A model generated the notes under the pieces. The model worked only from the letters and a program-made list of their open reading frames with translations. It was not told the DNA's origin and searched no databases. A DNA stretch of 64,000 bases from Planctomycetota bacterium (GTDB lineage Bacteria > Planctomycetota > B15-G4): positions 76,846 through 140,845 of the forward strand of contig JAQWOM010000043.1 of the NCBI GenBank assembly GCA_029245865.1, written 5' to 3'. Positions 38,252 to 47,876 of this stretch are shown here, piece after piece; the first letter of the stretch is position 1, and the number at the start of each line of letters is the position of its first letter. The position numbers were made by a program, and so were the translations under genes.

Positions 38252-40678
38252 TCAGGCTCGCCGATGATCCACATCGTCTGGCAAAGCGATCATCGCCCTC
38301 ACCTCGATATCCTCGTAGGCCAGGCGGTGGTCAGCTCGAACAAAGATCTGCTTACCTCCCTGGATTTCGAGCTCCACCAGCAGTTTCTTCTGGGTGTTGA
38401 GGACAGCTTCGGCCACCTCCGGGCGCACCGTGACAACCAGCACCGAGCCTGGCCGCCAGAGGTTTTCACGAACCTTCCGGACCGTGGCGAGACAGGACGT
38501 CTCATCCGAGGGAATGAACCCCGTGCTCTCGCAATACGGGCACTTCTGGTGCACCGTCCGCTTGAGACTCGGGCGCACCCGCTGACGAGTCATCTCCAGG
38601 ATGCCGAAAGGCGAAAAGCGCGCGACCTTGATGCGCGCCCGATCCTTGCGGAGTTCGTCCTTGAAGAGGCGCTCGAGCTGCTTCCTGTGCTTCTCGAAAC
38701 GCATGTCGATGAAGTCCAGCACCACCACACCGCCGAGATCGCGAAGCCTCAGTTGACGTGCAATCTCCACGGCAGCTTCGCAGTTCACGGCAAAGGCGGT
38801 GTCATCGATACTCTTCGTCTGAGTGGGCTTAAAGCGCCCCGAGTTCACATCGATCGCAACGAGCGCCTCTGTCTGCTCGATCACCAGCGACGCGCCAGAC
38901 TTCAACTCCAGCCGACTCTCAAGAAGGCGGCCGAGCTCTGTCTCAATCCCGTAATGGCTGAAGAGTGGCTTCTCCTCCGCGTAGGTCTGAATCTTCTCGA
39001 CCTTCTCGGGCATGATCTGCCCGATGAACTCACGCGCAGTGTCTGCTGTCGCTTCATCGTCAATGACGATCTCGCCCTCACCATCGTAGAGGTCGCGCAA
39101 GGTGCGGATCACGAGATCATTCTCCTGGTACAGCAAGACCGGTGCCTTGTGTTCCACAGAGCGGGTCTGCATCTGCTCCCACAACCGCAGCAGATAATCG
39201 AGATCTCGCTGGAGGTCCTCCTGACTACAACCGCTGCCAGCCGTTCGGACGATAAAGCCGAGACCATCCGGCGCCTCGAGTTGGCCGACGATCTTCTTCA
39301 GTCGTTCACGATCCGCGTTGCTGCTGACCTTTCGCGACACGCCGCGCTTTTGAATACCCGGCATGAGCACAATGAATCGTCCTGGAATCGAGAGATATGT
39401 GGTCAGCGTCGGGCCCTTCGTGCCGATGCCATCCTTGATCACCTGAACGATGATCTCCTGACCCTTTTGCAGCACGTCCTCGATCGCGGGCATCTGCCGG
39501 GAATCACGCGCACCGCTCTTTCCACCACGACCACCGCGTCGCCCACTCCGGCCTCCCCGCCGACCGTTTTTGCGACCATCGCGACGGCGACTCCCCCCCT
39601 TTTCACCTTCACTTCCGCCATCATCGTTGTCAGAGGTTTCTACAGGCTCTGCCTCTCCGGTGGCTGACCCCTCAGGGTCCTCCGCCGTTGCCACCCCTCC
39701 GCCGTCACCACTGGACGCTGCAGAGGCGGCCGCCCCACGACGCCCACCACGACGTCGGCGACGTCGAGACGGACGCGGGCGCGCCTCGGTTTCCGACTCG
39801 CTCCCAGCGACTGCATTTCCTTCTTCTGGGGTTGAACCATTCGAGTCGCCAGACTCGTCGTCAGCTTCCGCGCTGCCAGCCTCTTGATCGTCTTCTTCAG
39901 CGTCTTCTTCAGCGTCTTCAGCTTCGTCTTCAGCTTCAGCCGTTGCCCCATGGATCTCTGCCACGCTGTCGTCCGTTGGCGCGGACGCCCCATCGTCTGC
40001 TTCGCCCGCGTTCGCGGCCCCCTCTTCCTCACCATCGAGGTCCTCGGCCTGAGTTCCTCTCGCCACGTCGATGTCTTCTCCTGTCCAGGGATCCAGGAGA
40101 TTGTCGGGGCTGTAAGAGAACTCTTCTTCGTCGTCGTGGTCGTGATCGTCCCCCGAGGAAGCCTCCTCTTCGGCACCTGACGATTCGCCCTCCGAGGAAG
40201 CCTCCACTTCGGCGGACTCGGGCTCTTCGCTGCTGGCGACTTCTCCTTCAGAGGCAGAGGCCTCTCCCCCCGCCTCCTCCGCGGGAGTCTCCTCGGCAGG
40301 CTCTTCTTCTGTCGCCTTCGCGGCGGGCTTCACAACATCCTCGTCGTGAGCCACTTCCCGAGCCGCCTGCACGGTCGCCAAAAGACCTTTGGCCTCGTCA
40401 CCGACAGCTGACATGCAGAGGTCGGAGACGTGCAGGAAACCCTGCCGGCTGTGCCCGAACTCGATGAAGGCCGCGCCGATCGACTTCTCGACGTTGGTGA
40501 CCTTGGCCTTGTAAACGTTCCCCAGGGTGCTCCCCAGGGACTGGCGCTCGATGTAGTACTCCTCGAGTCGCCCGGACTGCAGGATCGCTATCCGACTTTC
40601 ATCGGGCTCACTTGCGTTGATGAGCAGCTTGCGACCACCTGCTGCTCCTGAGTTACTGCTACGGCGTCTTCTGGCCAT
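38252..40678 (-). CDS. rne: ribonuclease E/G family endoribonuclease with long acidic and Arg-rich low-complexity C-terminal region
   Basis: N-terminal S1 and catalytic domain (...KLLINASEPDESRIAIL...NVYKAKVTNVEKSIGAAFIEFG...) followed by an RRRRRGGRRG arginine-rich segment and a D/E-rich tail. The annotated ATG overlaps the 3' end of the upstream DUF2344-like gene by ~90 nt. Confidence 0.8.
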   Translation of the reverse strand: MARRRRSSNSGAAGGRKLLINASEPDESRIAILQSGRLEEYYIERQSLGSTLGNVYKAKVTNVEKSIGAAFIEFGHSRQGFLHVSDLCMSAVGDEAKGLLATVQAAREVAHDEDVVKPAAKATEEEPAEETPAEEAGGEASASEGEVASSEEPESAEVEASSEGESSGAEEEASSGDDHDHDDEEEFSYSPDNLLDPWTGEDIDVARGTQAEDLDGEEEGAANAGEADDGASAPTDDSVAEIHGATAEAEDEAEDAEEDAEEDDQEAGSAEADDESGDSNGSTPEEGNAVAGSESETEARPRPSRRRRRRGGRRGAAASAASSGDGGGVATAEDPEGSATGEAEPVETSDNDDGGSEGEKGGSRRRDGRKNGRRGGRSGRRGGRGGKSGARDSRQMPAIEDVLQKGQEIIVQVIKDGIGTKGPTLTTYLSIPGRFIVLMPGIQKRGVSRKVSSNADRERLKKIVGQLEAPDGLGFIVRTAGSGCSQEDLQRDLDYLLRLWEQMQTRSVEHKAPVLLYQENDLVIRTLRDLYDGEGEIVIDDEATADTAREFIGQIMPEKVEKIQTYAEEKPLFSHYGIETELGRLLESRLELKSGASLVIEQTEALVAIDVNSGRFKPTQTKSIDDTAFAVNCEAAVEIARQLRLRDLGGVVVLDFIDMRFEKHRKQLERLFKDELRKDRARIKVARFSPFGILEMTRQRVRPSLKRTVHQKCPYCESTGFIPSDETSCLATVRKVRENLWRPGSVLVVTVRPEVAEAVLNTQKKLLVELEIQGGKQIFVRADHRLAYEDIEVRAMIALPDDVDHRRA

Positions 40679-41346
40679 GTTTCGGCTCCTTGACGTCGCT
40701 CCACTGCAGCCAACTTCGTGAACACCCCAAACCCCGGGGGCTCGCCTCCCATCTCCTGTGTGAGTTGGACAAGTGCTTCTGCCAACAAACCAGGTCTCGG
40801 AGGACGTCCATCCACGGCAACAAGGTCCACGAGAAGATGGGGGCCAGCCCCCTCTTCATTCAGGCATCCACCACGCAAAAACGACCGTACATCGACGGTT
40901 CGTTCCCGGCGGGGATCCTTCACGTGAAACTCCTTGCGCGTCAGCAATGCGGTAAGCGCGTCGGCTACGGACCTCTCACCAGAAACCAGATCCATGCGAT
41001 AGCGGACGGTGGGCATGTCCTCCGGGGGTGACCCCCGACGAACGTCCACCACACCCACACTCTCAGGGAGTGCAGGTTCCAACCTCGCCCGGATCTCTTC
41101 CGGCTGCAGGTCCTCGTTCAGGATCAAGCGTATCCATTCTCCGGTCGAAGCCACTCCCAGCGGGAGGGCATCCGAGAACGTCAACTTGATCCGTGGGTTG
41201 AATCCTTGCGTGTACTGCACGGGAAGCTCACTGCGTCGCAGCGAGCGCTCGATAAGTCGAAGAAAGTCGAGCTGACCCATGAAACGTGCGTCTCCTTGCT
41301 TGGAGACACAGAGGCTTATGGGGTGCCGCACGTCGCTATCGAGCAT
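40588..41346 (-). CDS. DUF2344/TIGR03936-like (radical-SAM-linked) protein
   Basis: ...ARFMGQLDFLRLIERSLRRSELPVQYTQGFNPRIKLTFSDALPLGV... matches the TIGR03936 N-terminal consensus (..ARFLSHLD..R..RRA.LP..YSQGFHPHPK). Start chosen at MLDSDVRHPIS. Confidence 0.55.
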   Translation of the reverse strand: MLDSDVRHPISLCVSKQGDARFMGQLDFLRLIERSLRRSELPVQYTQGFNPRIKLTFSDALPLGVASTGEWIRLILNEDLQPEEIRARLEPALPESVGVVDVRRGSPPEDMPTVRYRMDLVSGERSVADALTALLTRKEFHVKDPRRERTVDVRSFLRGGCLNEEGAGPHLLVDLVAVDGRPPRPGLLAEALVQLTQEMGGEPPGFGVFTKLAAVERRQGAETWPEDAVAVTQEQQVVASCSSTQVSPMKVG

Positions 41347-41459
41347 CGAGTCCCGTCCTGGGCAGTTGCCGCCCCGAATCCATTCGGTTTCAGCACTGCC
41401 CTGTCCCAGACAGGATAAGACCCCTGCCCGCACAGACAAGCACCGACGACCAATCCGCC

Positions 41460-41702
41460 TTAAATCTCACCGAATCCGGCAGAGATAAGCTCATCGAGTG
41501 CCTGGAGGACCTCCTGGGCTTGGGGGCCCATGGCCACAATTTCCAACTCGCAGCCCTGCGCGCCCTGCAAACGCATCATGTCGAGCACACTCGCCCCATC
41601 CGCCTCCCCGCCGGGGCCGCCGACCCGAACCGAGGCCTCAAAACGAGCCACCGTCCGGACGAACTCACTGATCGGACGTGCATGGAGACCCAGCGGATTC
41701 AC
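41460..41702 (-). CDS. ptsH: HPr family phosphocarrier protein (NPr-like)
   Basis: GLHARP active-site His motif. The ORF as called starts with GTG only 6 aa before the His. The in-frame upstream peptide SEVELRQRVRVV resembles a normal HPr N-terminus but has no canonical start codon. Confidence 0.65.
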   Translation of the reverse strand: MNPLGLHARPISEFVRTVARFEASVRVGGPGGEADGASVLDMMRLQGAQGCELEIVAMGPQAQEVLQALDELISAGFGEI

Positions 41703-41749
41703 AACACGGACCCGCTGCCGGAGTTCGACTTCAGAGTCGTCGCCGGGAC

Positions 41750-42223
41750 TCAGGGTGCGTGCTCCTGGAGCACATCCAAAACGGCCTCAGCCGTCTGGGC
41801 TTGACGGATAAAACTCACGAAATCTGGGTCGCGGGCAGCCTGGCTGATCCACCTCAGCGTCGCCAGGTGCTCTTCTGAGCGGCTCTCGGGCGAGATCAGC
41901 ACCAGGAAAGCGTGCACGGGCTCCCCGTCAATCGCGCGAAAGTCCGCCCCTTCTCCAGAGCGCGCCACGATCCCAACAGCACGCTGCAACCCTGGAATCC
42001 GTGCGTGCGGAACAGCCACGCCCTTGCCAAAGGCCGTGCTGCCACGCGACTCGCGCTCAATCAACGACGCGAGAACCTGTTCCTTTCGAGTTTTCGGCAA
42101 GGCCTTGCATCGAATCGCGTGCGTCACCAAGGCTTCGAGAATCTCATCTTTCGAGCCGAGAGGAAGCTCAAGGAGAACCGCTTCGAGAGTGAAGACATCG
42201 AGCAGGGGAGCGGGAGAACTCAT
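41750..42223 (-). CDS. ptsN: PTS IIA-like nitrogen regulatory protein PtsN (EIIA-Ntr)
   Basis: PTS EIIA type-2 fold with phosphorylatable His in ...GKGVAVPHARIPG.... Position downstream of hpf and rpoN. Confidence 0.7.
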   Translation of the reverse strand: MSSPAPLLDVFTLEAVLLELPLGSKDEILEALVTHAIRCKALPKTRKEQVLASLIERESRGSTAFGKGVAVPHARIPGLQRAVGIVARSGEGADFRAIDGEPVHAFLVLISPESRSEEHLATLRWISQAARDPDFVSFIRQAQTAEAVLDVLQEHAP

Positions 42224-42546
42224 AGATGCCTCTTTGCACTTTGGCCACGGTGATGATCTTTCAGGCGTTCTTTGGCTTTCACGACCTGCCGTTCTAGTTT
42301 TTCGACGACGCGATCGATACAGGCCATGACCGAGGAATTCATGGCATGCCCGACAAAGTGCATGTTGTGACCCGCAGAAACGATCACTTCGACGCAATGC
42401 TCCTCGTGTTCCCTGTCGAGAATGATCTCGATGTGCTGCACTTGGTCGAAATATCGGGCAAGCTTCTCGACTTTTTGTCGAGCGTAGTCTCTGACCTCCT
42501 CGGCGTGCTGCTCATGCCGATCGGTCAAATCAATTCGCAACGTCAT
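42220..42546 (-). CDS. hpf: ribosome hibernation promoting factor (sigma-54 modulation protein/RaiA family)
   Basis: MTLRIDLTDRHEQHAEEVRDYARQKVEKLARYFD...: HPF/YfiA fold; immediately downstream of rpoN. Confidence 0.75.
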   Translation of the reverse strand: MTLRIDLTDRHEQHAEEVRDYARQKVEKLARYFDQVQHIEIILDREHEEHCVEVIVSAGHNMHFVGHAMNSSVMACIDRVVEKLERQVVKAKERLKDHHRGQSAKRHL

Positions 42547-42618
42547 GCGCAATTTCCAGGCAAAGAGGAGTCGCAACCAACCCAGGGACGAAGATCTAAG
42601 TGCTGACCGCGTGAGGGA

Positions 42619-43464
42619 TCAGGATAGCAGCCCCCGGCGTCGTGCGCCTCCCCGCGGGTCGGGCTCATAGTCCACTCGCCAGAGAAAGAGAGCATGAGCC
42701 GGCAGCGAGGCCGGCGCGAGAGACCGGTCGGCTGCCGCCAGCATCTCAGGAATCGAGTCCGGGTGAAGACCACCCAGCCCCACATCTACCAGGAGAGCCG
42801 AGAGCAACCGGACCATCCCGTAGAGAAAGCCCTCCCCCGTCACGACCAAACGGACAGCGTGCCGTGAGCTCAGGACTCGAACGGACTGAACGGACCTGAC
42901 CGTTCCGCGATTCTCGGGCATGACCTTGCTCAAAGTCGTGAAATCGTGACGCCCCACCAGTTCCCGAGCTGCCCGCCGCATGGCGCCCACGTCCAGAGAG
43001 GCCGGCACGGCCACGTGCGTCCCACGGAGATGAGGGGGCACAGAGCGCTGCACCGAACGCATGCCTCCCGAGGCCCTCGAGAGGTACAACTGGTAGACGT
43101 AGGTTTTCCGCACTGCGGCATGCCTCGCGTGAAAATCGGCCTCGGCGGGCACGAGGCTGACAGGCCGGATATCCACAGGCAGAACGCCGGCCAAAGCCCC
43201 GCCAAGACGCACCAGAGGAAGTTGGCTGGGATCGTCGAAGTGGAGCACCTGCCCCAAAGCGTGGACACCGGCATCGGTGCGCCCCGAGCCCCAGACCGGG
43301 ACCGGCTCACCCCGCCCGAGGATTTCACCGAGCGATTCTTCCAGCACTCCCTGCACGGTCAACTGCTCAGGCTGGACGGCCCAACCCGAAAAGCGCGCGC
43401 CATCGTAAGCCACGGTGAGGCAACGCCTGGGGGACGCGCTCCCGCTTGCAGCGCCTTCCGCCAC
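42619..43464 (-). CDS. truA: tRNA pseudouridine(38-40) synthase TruA
   Basis: Catalytic motif ...GSGRTDAGVHALGQV... and overall TruA length. Confidence 0.8.
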   Translation of the reverse strand: MAEGAASGSASPRRCLTVAYDGARFSGWAVQPEQLTVQGVLEESLGEILGRGEPVPVWGSGRTDAGVHALGQVLHFDDPSQLPLVRLGGALAGVLPVDIRPVSLVPAEADFHARHAAVRKTYVYQLYLSRASGGMRSVQRSVPPHLRGTHVAVPASLDVGAMRRAARELVGRHDFTTLSKVMPENRGTVRSVQSVRVLSSRHAVRLVVTGEGFLYGMVRLLSALLVDVGLGGLHPDSIPEMLAAADRSLAPASLPAHALFLWRVDYEPDPRGGARRRGLLS

Positions 43465-43467
43465 GGG

Positions 43468-44874
43468 TCAGCCGTAAACCCGTCGAGCGCGGGACGAGCC
43501 GATCTTCATCGCCTTGCGGTACTTGGTCACCGTGCGGCGCGCAATATCGAGCCCATGACCCTGCTTGAGAATGCCCACAATGCTCTCGTCCGAGAGAGGC
43601 TTCGACTTGGACTCCTCGTCAATAATCTTCCGGACAAGCTCCTGAACGGACGCGCGGGACGTGGCATCGCCCGACCCTTTCGAACCTGCCGAAGCGACCT
43701 CTCCTGTGAAGAGGGCTTTCATCGGAACGATCCCACGGGGCGTCTGCATGTACTTGCCGCTGACCGCACGACTGATCGTGCTCACGTGAACACCCAGCGC
43801 GTCGGCGACTTCTTGCATCCGCAGGGGATGCAGAGCGGCCTTTCCATGATCGATGAACTCTGACTGGCGATTGACCAGTTCGCTGGCCACCCGAAACAAC
43901 GTGTTCTTGCGCTGCTCGACGGCATCGATCAGGGACTGCGCACTTTCGATCTTCGAGCGAATGTGCTTTCGCAGTTCTGTGGGCTGGCTCCGGTCCCGTG
44001 CGCGATCGATCGAACGGCGCGAAATCGTCAGTGTTGGAATCCAGTCATTCTCCAGGGCGATCTCGTAATCATCGCCCACCCGACTGACAACAACATCCGG
44101 CCGAACATGTGGAACCTCACGCCGACTGAAACTCCGGCCGGGTATGGGATCCAGATGACTGATCTCTTCGATCGCAGCCAGCACTCGCTCCACCGTCTCC
44201 CCCACCTCGCGCACGATCTTCGGGATTCGATTGTGAGCGATGTCGTCCAGGTGTTGGATCACAAGCGAGGCCAAGAGCTGATAATCCGGACGGTCGTCAT
44301 CGATCTGCAGCAACAAACACTCGACAAGATCTCGACATCCGACACCGCGGGGCTCAAAGCCCTGGACGATATGCAGGGCGTGCTCTTTTTCGTCAACAGA
44401 AGCAGGGGGCGAGAGACCATCGTCGAGTTCGGCGAGTTCCATGGCCAACCACCCTCGATCATTCAACGCATCCAGGATCGCTCGGGCCACGGCCCGCTCA
44501 CGCGCACCCAACTCGAGCACATCGAGCTGTTCGGCGAGATGGTCATGAAGAGTGACCGGCGCGGCGCTGACAGCCTCGAGATAGTCGGTGCGTGAGATGC
44601 GCTCTTCGCTGGCCGCTGGTTTCCACTCGGGATCCTCGTTGTACAGCTCTTCAAGGCGCTCGTCTCCGAGTTCCTCTTGGCCATCCTCCCCGTCGCCATC
44701 GCCCTCACCGGACTCGGCATCCACCTGCAACACTTCATTTTCCTGCAACTCCTGCTGAACCATGTTGGCGAGATCGAGCGCCGGGAGTTGCAACACTTCG
44801 ATGCGCTGGAGGATCTGGGGCGAAAGCCTCAGTTGTAAATCCGGCCGAACGGACTGGTTCAGCCCAAGCTTCAC
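43468..44874 (-). CDS. rpoN: RNA polymerase sigma-54 factor
   Basis: C-terminal RpoN box ...ARRTVTKYRKAMKIGSSRARRV.... HTH and core-binding regions. Glutamine/acidic-rich N-terminus. Confidence 0.85.
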   Translation of the reverse strand: MKLGLNQSVRPDLQLRLSPQILQRIEVLQLPALDLANMVQQELQENEVLQVDAESGEGDGDGEDGQEELGDERLEELYNEDPEWKPAASEERISRTDYLEAVSAAPVTLHDHLAEQLDVLELGARERAVARAILDALNDRGWLAMELAELDDGLSPPASVDEKEHALHIVQGFEPRGVGCRDLVECLLLQIDDDRPDYQLLASLVIQHLDDIAHNRIPKIVREVGETVERVLAAIEEISHLDPIPGRSFSRREVPHVRPDVVVSRVGDDYEIALENDWIPTLTISRRSIDRARDRSQPTELRKHIRSKIESAQSLIDAVEQRKNTLFRVASELVNRQSEFIDHGKAALHPLRMQEVADALGVHVSTISRAVSGKYMQTPRGIVPMKALFTGEVASAGSKGSGDATSRASVQELVRKIIDEESKSKPLSDESIVGILKQGHGLDIARRTVTKYRKAMKIGSSRARRVYG

Positions 44875-45476
44875 GAAGGAGAGTCCATGCTGGAACGGCC
44901 GCTCAACGCATCCGAAAGCATGGCCGCATTGCTGTACTCGATGGCGCTGCCAGAAGCGACACCACGCGCGATGCGTGAAACAGTGACATCTGTCGAGTCC
45001 AGACTCCGCCGGACATGCAACGCAGTGGCATCACCTTCGTAATCGGGGTTCGTCGCCAGAATGACCTCTTTGACCTCTCCCTCTTCCACACGCTCCAGGA
45101 GGCTCTCAATCGTCAGGTCACTCGCTTCGATACCCTCCAGCGGATTCACATGCCCGAGCAACACGTGGTATCGACCACTCCAGCCGGCGTCCTCGAAGGC
45201 GGGCACATCGCGCGGTTGCTCGACGACAAGAACGCGAGTTCCATCACGACTCGAATCCGTGCAAACGCTACACGGACTTCGGTCGGCCAGGTTGTGACAC
45301 ACTTCACACGCCACAACGCTTGCAGCCAAAGCCTCCAAAGCTTCCGTCAATTCCTGAACCTGACCTGTCGGCGCTCGCAATAGATGGAACGTCAAGCGCT
45401 CGGCGGTCCGCGTCCCCACTCCGGGGAGAGTACGGAACGCCTCGATCAGTCGTGTGACGGCGGGAGGGTACGCCAT
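44871..45476 (-). CDS. recR: recombination protein RecR
   Basis: Zinc-finger C-x2-C...C-x2-C (CEVCHNL...CSVC) and Toprim domain; MAYPPAVTRLIEAFRTLPGVG HhH motif. Confidence 0.85.
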   Translation of the reverse strand: MAYPPAVTRLIEAFRTLPGVGTRTAERLTFHLLRAPTGQVQELTEALEALAASVVACEVCHNLADRSPCSVCTDSSRDGTRVLVVEQPRDVPAFEDAGWSGRYHVLLGHVNPLEGIEASDLTIESLLERVEEGEVKEVILATNPDYEGDATALHVRRSLDSTDVTVSRIARGVASGSAIEYSNAAMLSDALSGRSSMDSPS

Positions 45477-45481
45477 GATGG

Positions 45482-45787
45482 TCAGAACTCGGGCAACTCA
45501 AGGCCACCAGCAAGGCGCGCGCGCTGCTCCTCGCGATAGGCACGGCTGCCCTCGGTCGCCTGACGCAAAGCAGCCATCAAAGTTTGCTCGATGAGCGAGG
45601 CGTCCCCGGTCTCGACCAGAGCCGGATCGATGGTGAGAGCCACCACATCCCCGGCGCCATTCACTTTGACCACGACGGCACCGGAACCAGCGCTTCCTTC
45701 CGTCTCATGAGCCTTCAGGTGCTCGTCCAGTTCGGCGAGTGCCTTCTCGAGGTTCTTGGCCTTCTCTAGAAGATGGCGAAAGTCCAT
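45482..45787 (-). CDS. ybaB: YbaB/EbfC family nucleoid-associated protein
   Basis: About 100 aa, ...VVVKVNGAGDVVALTIDP... signature. Classic dnaX-ybaB-recR order. Confidence 0.8.
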   Translation of the reverse strand: MDFRHLLEKAKNLEKALAELDEHLKAHETEGSAGSGAVVVKVNGAGDVVALTIDPALVETGDASLIEQTLMAALRQATEGSRAYREEQRARLAGGLELPEF

Positions 45788-45859
45788 CGGGACCCTCCAA
45801 GACGTGTTTCGGTGTACCCGGCTTCAGATCGGGCCCACCCGATCCTGCCCGAGACATGG

Positions 45860-47548
45860 CTAGAAGTCGACTCTCTCCGCACCAGGCCACTGCTCTTCGA
45901 TGCTCTTTCCAATCTCACCAGCAGCCGGAGAACCAGGGCGTACAGGCGGTCGTGCCTGCTGTGATTCATTTTCAATCAAACGAAAGCTCAGCTTGCGCCC
46001 CTCGACGCCAGAGGCCACTTCGGCCAGTTGATCACGAAGCGCCGGGTCCGAGGATGGGTCATGGAGCGGGGAGGCGCCATCGGCAGGCATCGACATGACA
46101 AGGCAGTCGCCACTCACCGCAATCCCGCCGTAACGGGTTAGCTCCAGACGCAAGGAACGCGAGGGCAGCGCCTCGAGAAACCGGCTTCGAAAATCAGTGA
46201 GTTTGGCCGGAGTCACTTTCGGGCGTTCCGGCTGCTTGGCCGGAACTGGCGGAGAAGGAACCGGACTGCCCCAGGCATCTGTTTCCGTTGCCTGTGCCTG
46301 TGCCTTTGGCGGCGTACTCGGCGTACTCGGCGTACTCGAAGAAGTCTGGGGCGGAGGAGCATTCGGCCGGGCCGTCGAAGCCGGCTGCCGGCCAGAAGAA
46401 GCCCGTACCGGCGGAGTGCTCGGCTCGGGCTCCCCCGCGAGAAGATCCGCCACGGGCTGAAGGTGATTCAGACGAGCCAGCGTGATGAGTGACATCTCCA
46501 CCACCAACCGCCCATCATGCCGCCGTCGAAGCCTCTCAGAGGCTTCGACCAGCACATCCAGCATCGCCAGCATGTGATCCACCGAACTCTCTGCCGCCAG
46601 CTTCCCGAGCAAGACCTGCTCTTCCGGCGTCCTGTCGGCGGCTTCACCCCCTGCACAGGTCACCAACACGCTCTCGATGAGTTCCGTGAGTTGCGCGACG
46701 AGGTCCGCTGGCCGCGCCCCCCGACCGAGAGCATCCCCGGCAGCCTGCACAATCTCGTCGACCCGGCCGGCAAGCGCCGAGCGCACGATCGCTTCGAGCA
46801 ACTCGGGCGGCAAACGTCCGGTGAGACGTTCGAAGTCGTCGACAACCGGGGCTCCCTCGCCAAAGGTGATGAGTTGATCGAGCAATGTCAGAGCATCGCG
46901 CATCCCACCGTTTGCATGCCGGGCAACACGCTCGAGCAGACCCTCGGGAACTTCCACCTCGTCAATCGTGCAAATCTGGGCGAGTCGGTCGGTGATCACT
47001 TCTGCCGTAAGCCGCCTGAAATCGAACATCTGACAACGCGAGCGAATGGTCTCGGGAACTTTGAGTGGCTCGGTCGTCGCCAGAATGAACTTGGCGTGAT
47101 CCGGTGGCTCTTCCAGCGTCTTCAACAAGGCGTTGAACGCCGCTGTCGAGAGCATATGCACCTCATCCACGATGTAGATGCGGTAACGAGACTCCACCGG
47201 ACGAAAGCGCAGGTTTTCGATCAGATCCCGGACGTTTTCGACCTTGTTGTGCGACGCCCCATCAATCTCGACGACATCCAGGCAATCCCCGCTCCCATCG
47301 ATGGCATGACAGACGTTGCATGAACCGCAGGGATCTCCTGCTTCGGCCTCATGGCAGTTGAAAGCTTTCGCCAAGATTCGCGCCATGGAGGTCTTGCCCA
47401 CGCCGCGCGGCCCGGAGAACAGGAACGCATGTCCCGCACGTCCATCACGGATGGCGGAATGAAGCACACGAGCGACGTCCGGCTGTCCGACGACCTCGCC
47501 AAACGAGCGAGGACGGAAGCGGTTAGCGAGAACGGTGTATCCAGCCAT
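45860..47548 (-). CDS. dnaX: DNA polymerase III subunit gamma/tau
   Basis: AAA+ N-terminus (GPRGVGKTSMARILAKAFNC, zinc module C-x-C...C-x2-C, DEVHMLS) followed by a Pro/Ala-rich linker. Confidence 0.85.
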   Translation of the reverse strand: MAGYTVLANRFRPRSFGEVVGQPDVARVLHSAIRDGRAGHAFLFSGPRGVGKTSMARILAKAFNCHEAEAGDPCGSCNVCHAIDGSGDCLDVVEIDGASHNKVENVRDLIENLRFRPVESRYRIYIVDEVHMLSTAAFNALLKTLEEPPDHAKFILATTEPLKVPETIRSRCQMFDFRRLTAEVITDRLAQICTIDEVEVPEGLLERVARHANGGMRDALTLLDQLITFGEGAPVVDDFERLTGRLPPELLEAIVRSALAGRVDEIVQAAGDALGRGARPADLVAQLTELIESVLVTCAGGEAADRTPEEQVLLGKLAAESSVDHMLAMLDVLVEASERLRRRHDGRLVVEMSLITLARLNHLQPVADLLAGEPEPSTPPVRASSGRQPASTARPNAPPPQTSSSTPSTPSTPPKAQAQATETDAWGSPVPSPPVPAKQPERPKVTPAKLTDFRSRFLEALPSRSLRLELTRYGGIAVSGDCLVMSMPADGASPLHDPSSDPALRDQLAEVASGVEGRKLSFRLIENESQQARPPVRPGSPAAGEIGKSIEEQWPGAERVDF

Positions 47549-47674
47549 GTGCAGGAGTCTATCAGCCGGCTCGACGTGAAGGAGGTTCTCCGCAGGAACC
47601 TTCGCGATCAGACTCCCCCGGCGGATTCCGAAAGGGTGCCCTCAAAGTGACAGGCACCCGCAGGAGCGCGCCAA

Positions 47675-47771
47675 CGGAGGGGATCGGCAACACAATGAAG
47701 ACTGCGCTTAGGGCTGCTCCCGTCAGGGCCTGACCCGGTTCACGCGCTTCACTCGCCACCGACCCCCACCG
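47675..47771 (-). ncRNA. ffs: candidate signal recognition particle RNA (4.5S/ffs)
   Basis: Minus-strand transcript contains GGUCAGG-CCC-UGAC-GGG-AGCAGCC. The flanks match the conserved SRP domain IV (GGUCAGG...AGCAGCC) with a compensated 3-bp stem. Terminal helix GGUGGGGGUCGG / CCGAUCCCCUCC. Sits immediately upstream of dnaX, as in many bacteria. The apical tetraloop UGAC is not the usual GNRA. Confidence 0.45.
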
Positions 47772-47876
47772 TCGACGCGCAGCCATCTCGGCTGAGACTC
47801 TTGGAAGACGCTCCAAGAACCCGGTCACGACAACATCATCCACATCCAAGAGGAACCATTGACTGACGCCTCATGG

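Noticed and set aside
38057-39667. 536-aa plus-strand ORF opposite rne
   Set aside because: Antisense to a well-supported RNase E/G gene; no motifs; composition artefact of high GC.
39500-40678. Acidic and Arg-rich low-complexity stretch in rne considered as a separate repeat element or CRISPR-like feature
   Set aside because: It is in-frame within rne and matches the known disordered scaffold region of RNase E proteins.
47562-47849. 95-aa minus-strand ORF between dnaX and tRNA-Ser
   Set aside because: Overlaps the candidate SRP RNA and has no protein features. The position is where ffs normally lies.
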